43,939 nt of DNA from positions 1-43,939 of the forward strand of contig JAUCBJ010005042.1 in the NCBI GenBank assembly GCA_032718475.1, given 5' to 3'. The position numbers were made by a program, and so were the translations under genes. This DNA comes from Nemertoderma westbladi. Lineage: Eukaryota; Animalia; Xenacoelomorpha. Shown here in pieces: positions 37,101 to 43,939 of the stretch (positions are counted from its first letter, which is position 1; each line of letters begins with the position of its first letter). The notes beneath the pieces were generated by a model, which was given only the letters and a program-made list of their open reading frames with translations, ran no database searches and was not told the origin of the DNA.

Positions 37101-39636
37101 AAAACTGCTGTTTGTATGGATGGAAAATGCCAAACAGCCTTTTTTTCTAGCAGATGGCTGATACAGCAGTATCATAATAAGGTACAAGTAACTTTCCCCA
37201 TTTTTTAGGACAACAAGTCAGCATGTTGGAACAAACAAAGCATGATGGAACAAACAGTTTCGTGGATTTGTCGTGGAATTTATAGTCCTACAGTACAGTA
37301 GTGTCTAAAGTAACAAACAGGTTAATAGGCTTCTAATTTTACTCATTTTAGTTGTATTTTTATTTTATTACAGATGAAGAACATTTTAATAATCCTGAGA
37401 CTGGAAAGCGTCCACTGAGTCCATTGGTTGTTGCGATACTTACAGACAGTGATCTACAAAGTTCAACAGGGATAACCGGATCAGGCGGTAGCGTTATATT
37501 CCAGTCAATAACGCAAGTGAGTCAATCATTAATTCATTAACAGGCGTCCCAATATTGGGAAAAAAAATCATATTTATAAACTGTAATGATGTATGTGCTT
37601 GTGCTACTGTATGTACTTCACTAATTGGCTATAAATTTCATCCCCTTATTTAGGAGACTGAATTTTATACAAATTAATTCATGCTTTGCACATTTTATGT
37701 ATTCAAAAGGAGGATAAAAAAATTTCAAAAACATTTTTCGAAATTATTATTTTCTACCTAATTAACATAATTTATGCAATTATTTTTTAAAATCCTAAGG
37801 ATTTTAGATGGATGGTCTTAAAGAGCCCAAAATTTCATCATTTGTGAACAATGTGGTCATGAAACGACTGTATTACCAGAATTTTGATAAATGCTAATGT
37901 TCAAAAATTATTTGGAAAAACGTTTATTTGCCACATTTTTACATACAGTACTTTGCCGTTTTTTACCTAAATTTGACACTTTTTTACATATATTTCCGCA
38001 ATCACAAACAATGGTAATATGAGGTGTTATGCACCCATCACACACTCATTCATGCCACATTTCACTCGAATTCGTTCATTTTTGTAAAAACCTTTGCAAT
38101 TTGAAATTTATAAATTGGATTCGCCAGAAAATACATTTAATGTTTATGGTTAGGGTAATAATAATTAATTGAAATGTTACCCAACCCAGCTGAACATTTT
38201 GTTGCAAGGGTTTTCCGGGCCTGTGATTTTATTTCTAAAATTAGAAATCAGTTTTCTCATCTGTCAGAATTGTTGTCTGTTCTGTCTGTCAAAATATGGC
38301 CGACATCTGAACAGACAATGTAGATGACGTCCATTAAAACTGACATCGGAAATGAAATCAGCGACCAAAAAAACACAATAAATCCGGTTTATTTAATAAA
38401 TCCGTTTGCCTCGAATTGACACCTCTCTAGAGGTTGCAGGTTCGATCCCCGCATGGGGGCCCATGGGTGTCTCGTTTCGGCACGAATGTTTTAAAGAGAC
38501 TAACCATGGCTCATCTGCTATTCCTTGCATCCGTAAATGGTAGCTAAATTGTCAGACAGCTAAATCGTGTGACCTGGCCTCGTAACCACCAAATAAAACT
38601 CATTTTCCCCAGGAGAGGGGTGGATTTTTAATGCCTGCAGATCAACCCCCCCCCCCCCCCCCCCTCCCCCTATCTGAAAAATTTAACTTTTAGACTATAC
38701 TATTGGTTTAATTTGCAAAGCACTTCAGGCCTATAAATTACAACCCCTGTCTCGCAGGTTTTGATGGGTCGGTTGAAACTTAACTCATCTGGTATCGACG
38801 CTATTAACTCTAGTCGAATTTACCAACCTCCTAGCGACTTTAATCGTCTGTGGATAGAATCTAATATGGACCCTGTAAGTTGATTTTACCTGCAATGTAG
38901 CCTACATACCAGACAGTACGGTAGTCATTTGCATTCATATCCAAAAATCATGCCCAATAGTGACACAAAAGCCGACGAGATTTGGCAGATCAAAACAGCA
39001 AATATAAATGGGAAATAACGGAGGAGTAATATTGCTGCACGCTCTCAATTTGATCAGAATATTGCTTTTTCGTACGGTGACCAAACAGCTGTGTTGTATT
39101 CGATCAATGGGCTCACCATAGCTTTGTACGCTGTCAATAGTGCCTCTTAATGTTTCTGAAAAGCATATTAATGAATTTAAAAAAAGCCTTAGCAACGCTG
39201 GTCCTTTGCAGTATCTATCAAATTTGAGATCCGAACTACAGTAACTACCGGTTTTATACCAAGTTTAGATGATATAGAGAGAGGCTGAGTATTATTCTGA
39301 CCAACATAAACATAAACAACCACACACTATAGGGAGCTATGGAGTGGAGAGCTGCCAATCACCAGCCCATTTCTCCAGCTATGGCTTTATATTTAATTGG
39401 ATTTATATTTATAAGGGCAATGCGATTATTAATAGTGAGAAAGATTCGACATTCAAGTTGTTTCTTCTGTTTTTCTCTAGGATATCACTGAAGGTCTCAG
39501 AGATAAGGGCCATAAACCAAAAGTCTGGGAAGAATCTCTACATGGACCTATTTCAACGGTGGAATACGCGAGTTACTATGGAGACGGAAAGAGAGGGGCA
39601 ATTACGGACTACAGAGTCTATGGATCGGAGACATAA
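13062..39636 (+). CDS. GGT/glutathione-hydrolase-family type II membrane protein, 13 coding exons, 630 aa, divergent active site
   Basis: join(13062-13141,14964-15084,15447-15562,16695-16906,17156-17348,17552-17724,26636-26784,32414-32540,34999-35215,36837-36925,37374-37516,38758-38874,39481-39636) = 1893 nt, all GT-AG with compatible phases. Motifs GGNAIDA, SGLGGDF, IGVPG, FYRG, PPPTMG, LGDPAF, G-T(441)-SSV, FGS, TGILLNN, PETGKRPLS, GSGG, DYR. Confidence 0.92.
14229..14310. repeat. 30-bp tandem repeat, ~2.7 copies
   Basis: Unit ACACAAGTACAGTATGTAAATAGTTATTAC. Confidence 0.85.
14964..15084 (+). CDS. GGT-like exon 2 (signal-anchor transmembrane helix)
   Basis: CTTTGCAG acceptor; PDEGKTKKRGIIVAIATVAILGTVIGTSVGVTQYYKNNQQ; GTAAGT donor. 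Confidence 0.85.
15447..15562 (+). CDS. GGT-like exon 3
   Basis: Reads ...GIQAVSSSNVNCTEVG (compare AVAAD...CSEIG); GTGAGT donor. In-frame alternative acceptors at 15444 and 15459. Confidence 0.85.
16438..16541. mobile_element. 104-bp palindromic MITE-like element
   Basis: Perfect 26-bp inverted repeats GGGTGTAAACGCTACGCCGACAACCG (16438-16463 / 16516-16541) around an AT-rich spacer. Confidence 0.75.
16695..16906 (+). CDS. GGT-like exon 4
   Basis: TILNGGGNAIDAVISSTFCLGVMDPHKSGLGGDFIMMVYNR. The donor is uncertain: in-phase options after 16906, 16915 or 16933. Confidence 0.9.
17156..17348 (+). CDS. GGT-like exon 5
   Basis: GVQYIGVPGYLDAIWAAFSSHSKLSWKRLLQPS...GFKV; TTTTAG acceptor, GTAAGT donor. 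Confidence 0.92.
17552..17724 (+). CDS. GGT-like exon 6
   Basis: YEEGDILVQTKLSETL...DLFYRGSLKESIMVDLKEH; TCTCAG acceptor, G|GTGGGT donor. Confidence 0.9.
17985..26196. repeat. 8.2-kb intronic satellite, 29/30-bp unit, ~275 copies, with higher-order duplications
   Basis: Consensus GAAGTACTGTTTATTCTCCACTCTTGTTT(T). Identical ORF translations recur at offsets of 1486, 831, 745 and 567 bp. Confidence 0.99.
26636..26784 (+). CDS. GGT-like exon 7
   Basis: TGTTTAG acceptor; DPNNITFNASNFADYEAKV...YLLASPPPTMGASLQLAAA; GCA|GTGAGT donor, phase 0 to ILDGL. Confidence 0.9.
26761..31852 (+). repeat. 5.1-kb 36-bp minisatellite (~140 copies) made of the last 24 nt of exon 7 plus 12 nt of its 5' splice site
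   Basis: Unit GCTAGTCTACAACTAGCTGCTGCA|GTGAGTATGAGT. The first copy is the coding end of exon 7 (ASLQLAAA); the last copy runs into unique intron sequence. Confidence 0.99.
32414..32540 (+). CDS. GGT-like exon 8
   Basis: ILDGLELKNDSLADRVLLYHELDEAIRYGIAYSAGLGDPAFS (compare YHRIVEAFRFAYA...LGDP). Confidence 0.92.
32789..33032 (+). repeat. Diverged direct repeat, copy 1 (left of the nested gene)
   Basis: Shares identical 37-nt (GAAGTATACC...TCACTTT) and 33-nt (CTGAATCT...AATTAGTA) blocks and ATTTAGACCGAAA with 34658-34925. Confidence 0.9.
33372..34097 (-). CDS. Intronless 241-aa uncharacterised acidic protein nested antisense in GGT intron 8
   Basis: Long open frame from ATG 34097 with globular composition (TFTITSGEILWGQL, KAKNGQW, FCHEECDP, FVNRYDWGY, acidic loop, WLVFNDD). 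No signal peptide and no transposase or RT motifs. Confidence 0.8.
   Translation of the reverse strand: MTFTITSGEILWGQLDTVLEGVRSKNFDSDLGKTVSDGLGVTHYQVDHQYRSKAKNGQWNRFLKTRTDVDQHFDIDYIVFCHEECDPDTIVERSLKSEGFSWTPDHMADIKFVNRYDWGYHHSGAFQRYKGSSHGVLVVDKEWGVNLLQKIESEENKENSDESEDEEGDDEEEIDTLTLLDKYKLEVKTDGKVSTLMLASDSCGVYDEFMVDSDGGDWIYAWLVFNDDRKLEAFVVTDYYC
34194..34248. repeat. 23-bp tandem duplication upstream of the nested gene
   Basis: TAGGCCTACTGTAAAATATAGTG twice plus a partial third copy. Confidence 0.85.
34658..34925 (+). repeat. Diverged direct repeat, copy 2 (right of the nested gene)
   Basis: Same orientation as 32789-33032, with indels between the conserved blocks. Confidence 0.9.
34999..35215 (+). 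CDS. GGT-like exon 9, containing the autocleavage nucleophile Thr (codon 35148-35150)
   Basis: DQGG|TSSVVAVDSHGNIAVASSSIGSE; TTTCAG acceptor, GTAAGT donor. Confidence 0.92.
35383..36011. mobile_element. 629-bp non-autonomous DNA transposon with ATAT target duplication (Sola1-like termini)
   Basis: ATAT|CGTCCCTTTCATTTT ... AAAATGAAAGGGACG|ATAT; the imperfect TIR extends ~30 bp; subterminal GGCATATAGGTGGTT repeats at ~35850 and ~35980. The Sola1 label is inferred from the AWWT-type TSD. Confidence 0.8.
36265..36551. mobile_element. 287-bp TA-flanked MITE with an internal 21-bp hairpin tandem array
   Basis: Perfect 21-bp TIR CGGAGCCCCTAAAGGGACATG with TA on both sides; ~8 copies of TAAGTCGTGCGAACGACTTAC at 36305-36484. 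Confidence 0.9.
36837..36925 (+). CDS. GGT-like exon 10
   Basis: FGSHFMSKSTGILLNNRMADFTEETHFTG; donor T|GTAAGT. Confidence 0.92.
37374..37516 (+). CDS. GGT-like exon 11
   Basis: NNPETGKRPLSPLVVAIL...GITGSGGSVIFQSITQ. Confidence 0.92.
38420..38620 (+). mobile_element. Possible tRNA-derived SINE fragment
   Basis: Pol III B-box GGTTCGATCC at 38439-38448 followed by a GC-richer body; no clear A-box or cloverleaf. Confidence 0.4.
38758..38874 (+). CDS. GGT-like exon 12
   Basis: VLMGRLKLNSSGIDAINSSRIYQ...LWIESNMDP (compare AI..PRLHHQ); TCGCAG acceptor, GTAAGT donor. Confidence 0.88.
39481..39636 (+). CDS. GGT-like exon 13 (terminal)
   Basis: DITEGLRDKGHKPK...GAITDYRVYGSET-TAA (compare L..KGH ... 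ASDxR). Confidence 0.88.
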   Translation, partial: DITEGLRDKGHKPKVWEESLHGPISTVEYASYYGDGKRGAITDYRVYGSET

Positions 39637-39647
39637 ACTAACCTAAT

Positions 39648-39653
39648 AATAAA
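39648..39653 (+). terminator. Candidate polyadenylation signal of the GGT-like gene
   Basis: AATAAA 11 nt after the stop codon; the AT-rich context makes chance occurrence possible. Confidence 0.35.
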
Positions 39654-39785
39654 CATAATAACTAATATAATAACATTATTAAATTGAATAATCGCTAATA
39701 ATATTATATAATACAATAGGGCCTATACATCCAGTGTATGTAGGTTTACTATATTTAGTATTTATATTTAGGTTTATAGTTATTA

Positions 39786-40332
39786 CACCATGACCCGTAA
39801 TATAGTGTCATTTTCTGATGACACGGACACCCCCCCAAATTTTTCTACAAATGTTTATCATATTGCTTGAAATTTGAAATACAACTAGTTCAACACACCG
39901 TGGTTGTTACCATTAAGCCAGAATTTACGATTTTGCCTTTAAATTTTTCTTATAAGAGTTTTAAAATAGTGTCTATGTATCGGTATCGTGACCATTCTTC
40001 ACATTAGTCGTAATCGATTACTTACTTTGTAACGCAAGCTTTCTAATGATATGAAAAATTACGCCTAATGTGAAGAATAGCCACGATACGGAGGGTGCGA
40101 TTTCGCAAAAGACACTTTTTTAAAACAATAATAAAAATAATAAAAAAATGGCAAAATCGAAAATTCCGGCTTCATGGGGTCATCGACGGTGAGTTGACCT
40201 GCACTAACACTACCTGTAGTTGTGTTTCAAATTTCATGCAATGGGATCAAGATATATGAAAAAAATCTGAGGGGGGGGGGGGGGGGTGGGTCCGTGTCAT
40301 CAGAAAATGACACTATATTACGGGTCATTGTG
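39786..40332. mobile_element. 547-bp TA-flanked (Tc1/mariner-type) MITE
   Basis: 43-bp TIR CAC(C/A)ATGACCCGTAATATAGTGTCATTTTCTGATGACACGGAC with one mismatch, TA on both sides, and an internal inverted repeat at ~39985-40014 / ~40058-40088. Confidence 0.88.
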
Positions 40333-40989
40333 TATTATCTATGGCAAGTCATATATAAAAGTATCCGCGTACCCCGCCTTCCCTCCCCACCTACTACACA
40401 CACACACCCCTCCCACATATTTAGTGGTATAAAGTATAATTATAACCGTTCGCTAATGGCTCGCAGTCCTGACTCGCCAGACAATACAAACAAATCCTAT
40501 AGGAACAAAATATGGTAAATTACATTTGCAACATAATTTTAACATTATACGCCTCGTTAACCGAAGATATTGAGTACAAGTAGGCCTATCGTATCTGTAA
40601 TGAGTCATAATGTATTAAAGAGGAATATCACGTAGGTAAAGGCTCATTAAGTTTAAAAAGTATGTAATAAAATATTTTATTTCTTTACACACTTTACATC
40701 TGTGGGCTTTTAGTGCGTATTAAACTACAGTACTTTTGGTGATTTACTTTGGTTCCAGTATTTTGTCGTGATTTATTTTACAAATTCATTCTTTCTTCTC
40801 AGGGTATATTTATTATGTTTCATAATTTCATTAAATCATTGAAATTCATATAATGAAAATAATATCAATGTTGTTTATTATTGTAAATCTTTTCATATTT
40901 TAAATGGCATTTGATGGAGGGCCGTGCTACATTGGTATGTCATATTGTCGTCTTCTCTTACAAAGATAGAGCCTTTTACAGAGACAAAA

Positions 40990-42300
40990 CAATTATTGCA
41001 CACCGTGTTTCGGTTTTTTGATAGGACACCAATCACACATTATACGCAGTGATTTAATAATTTAAATGTTTTTTTATCTTGAAATGCGGAGAAGCCATTC
41101 CTGGAATTCTATCCTTGTTTTCTGCGTATCATGTTGTCAAAGAATCAAAGTTACTTATAGGGGTGGTTTAGCAATCATTGTCTCTAATGATTTCGTTAGG
41201 TATGTTAATCTATTTATCCTTGGAGATGAATTTGTTTGGATTAGGATCAAAACACCGCGGATATATCGCACACCAACTAGTTCCACGGGACTGCGAATGT
41301 AAACTTTACATTGTGTTTAATGACTTCCCTGCCGCCTACGACTCTCTCAATAGTGGTACGTTGCGTAAGGTCATTTCTGATTTAGGTTGTGGTTACATAA
41401 TGTATAAATGTCCTTTATAAACATACTGTATTATCACTGCGGATCTTGTGGGTGGATGCATATATTCAATATTACTTCTTGTGTGAATCAAGGACCTCGG
41501 CAAGTTGTCTACTCTTCCCCCTTTTTAGTAAACCCTCTTATTGGAAAACCACGGACTAGATGGCTTTTTGAAATCACTTCAATTTTTGTCGATGATGTCA
41601 TTATATTGACAAAAAACTGAGAGAAAAGCCTAAATAAACTAAAATAAACCATTCTGTAGCGAAGCGAGAATGGTATCAAAATCAATCTGTCTAAAACGAA
41701 CTGCATTGTGATTGGTGGTTCTGACATTGACTTCACACTTTACTGGTAATCATTCCGAACCGCGACCATTTTATCTACATCGGGTCACCAATAACCCAGA
41801 CTGGCAGCCGTATAGCTGTATTAAAAATTCACGCAGACCGCACTTTCACAAATTTCCTGCTTTTATGTGCAAATATCCTCTCATCTCATTATTGGCGCAG
41901 AAATGTTTGTATCTCGATCCGGGGTTTCTAGGGTTGTGAGGCACTCTGTATGACACTCTGTATGGTATGCGACGACATACCATTTTGCCGAAACTGGTTA
42001 TGTTCCATGAGAGACACTCACTCAAAGCGCACCGCCAATGGAAAATCGTCAGAGGAATCTAAGAAACCAGGGTAGACATTTCTCAGCCGAATCTAAGACT
42101 TATAGATCATTTAACTGTTCACTTCAAACTTTACCATATAAAGGACGAGGTCAAGTATTCTAGAACAACATTGCTTATCCCGAACTCGGTTTCGACTGTT
42201 ATAAACTTCACTAGTAGAGTAGTTAACGCGAACTCCCTACTTACAGGAAGTGCAACGGTGACTCAATACAAAATGAGGCTTATTATCATCCTAGTCTGTC
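40990..42300 (+). pseudogene. Highly degenerate LINE (endonuclease fragment fused to RT fragments); boundaries approximate
   Basis: Across frames: GGLAIIVS...DEFVWIRI (APE-like), VFNDFPAAYDSLNS, VNQG...SPFLVN, SIFVDDVIIL, GIKINLSKTNCIVIG, with multiple stops and frameshifts. Confidence 0.7.
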
Positions 42301-43939
42301 CAAAAACAGCCAAGTTAAGGCAACGCATATCACCTGGCTGATAAAGACAAACAATAGATGATATAACATTTCTGGACCTGGTACGTATTGCAGTCACCAG
42401 GTATGGTTGGTATATTAAATAATAATAGTAATACGTTCACGTTGTGTAAGTTTCTGTTTATGTCATCTTGACACTAAACTCGAAATATCTTTACCTGAAA
42501 AGTAGCTCAGACTTGTCGTATGTTATATTGTACCTCTACTTTATCCTGTCTGACTGATTATCAGCTTGATTAATAATTTTGCAATTTACTTTAATAATTC
42601 ATATGGTAGGCCTACATTTTACTAACAGTATCTGCCTTATTGACTTTTTGCTCAGACTAGGCCTACATCGTGCATAATACAAAAATAATCTTCCTTATTT
42701 GAGAAATAGCTTAGACATGTGATATGATACATACCATGGCCTATCAATCTTATACGATAATTTGCTTAGATTCATAATATGTTACATTTTAATTACAGTT
42801 TCTTACTAATTTAGCAATTTGGTTAGACTTGTATACATTGTGTACTGTAGTTGTATCTGAAAAGTTCGTCTTGTTTCTTAGTATTTACGCAGACCAAAAT
42901 AAAAGTTCAAATTTTAATACGGTCAATAAAGTATATATTGTATATATATAAATTAGATGAATAAAACCATTATATTACATCATAAATATCATACGTCATA
43001 AGTCAAAATAAATTATGGAATACATTGGTCTCAATGGGGGCGTCTCCAATGATAAGTTTTTTAAGACTTAAGTTCAAACCCATGGGTCAAAAGGGTTTTC
43101 CATTTTTGACTTAAGACTTATATTAGGCTGGTAGCCTGGATTTGTTATTTTAAGTGGAAATGTTAATTAAATTTGAGATGCACCTTATTTTTAACAAATG
43201 ACTTACCAGTGGAGCATGGGCCTTACCCGGTTTAGGATCTAATAATATTTTCAGCATTCTATAATGATGTAACATTTTTGTCTAATTATAATCTCCCGAT
43301 ATATGGATTTATTTTCACATTGGATTGCGAACGTCACCACTCAGGATAAGCCAGCCTAGTAGGCTCTACTCACTACAAAACTTTGGATATGTGCTACGTG
43401 CCTATTAAATGCCATTGATAAAAACCTAATCGTAAAACAAAATAATGTGCAACAAATTTTGTAAAAATTATGCGAATGGTGAAAAAATCATTATGGAAAA
43501 ATATATCAGGGCCAAGCTACTGTGGCGTTGATGATTTTTTGTGATGTTGGCCATATCTTTCTTATGGGCAGAGCCAGCAACAATAATATTTAACGTAAAT
43601 TCAGCCATAATTTATGACTCAACGCAAACTGAATCTGCTCCCAACAAATATTTGTTTAACAAACAACCCGGTAGTATTAATTATCTAACGGGACAATTAA
43701 TAAATTACGGACATGTAACTACTGTATAAGCACACAAAGAACACCCGTTGAACTTTGTAACAACGAATAAATAATATGGGAGATACAAAGTACATACATT
43801 TACAGTGATAAAATTAAAATACTTTATCCAAACTTTTGGAATGCTTATTTCCATAAGAATAAGAGATTCATTACTTTAATTTCCGCATATAAATATTATA
43901 TGTAGGCCTAGTTGCATAACAACACAACGTTTGTAGCAT

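Noticed and set aside
38420-38500. tRNA gene
   Set aside because: Only a B-box/T-arm-like motif is present; no acceptor stem or D-arm could be folded.
38935-39646. ORFs 38935-39195 (-) and 39344-39646 (+)
   Set aside because: No motifs; the second is an off-frame overlap of GGT exon 13.
43207-43238. 32-nt minus-strand micro-exon (PKPGKAHAPL) with a GTAAGT donor
   Set aside because: No partner exons or recognisable protein in the window; could be chance.

Overview
AT-rich eukaryotic (animal, probably marine invertebrate) genomic DNA with spliceosomal introns. From left to right: (1) a decayed RTE-like non-LTR retrotransposon RT (1-1816) followed by a 33-bp tandem tail. (2) A two-coding-exon minus-strand gene absent from the ORF track (9144-9058 + 4382-4200) encoding an 89-aa secreted precursor with an 8-Cys inhibitor-cystine-knot-like peptide ending in NDEL. 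(3) Inside that gene's intron, on the opposite strand, a single-coding-exon signal-peptide/GPI-type protein with two repeated 10-Cys Ly6/uPAR-like domains (6640-7641). (4) A 13-coding-exon, 630-aa gamma-glutamyltranspeptidase (GGT)-family type II membrane protein (13062-39636) with all splice phases consistent; the catalytic Thr is retained but the glutamate-binding pocket is heavily rewritten. Its exon 7 lies between an 8.2-kb 29/30-bp satellite and a 5.1-kb 36-bp minisatellite that is the exon's own 3' end plus 5' splice site amplified about 140 times. Its intron 8 holds an antisense intronless 241-aa gene bracketed by diverged ~250-bp direct repeats. (5) Several MITEs, a possible SINE and a highly degenerate LINE near the end. 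Gene models were assembled by eye and family calls rest on remembered motifs; no searches were run.
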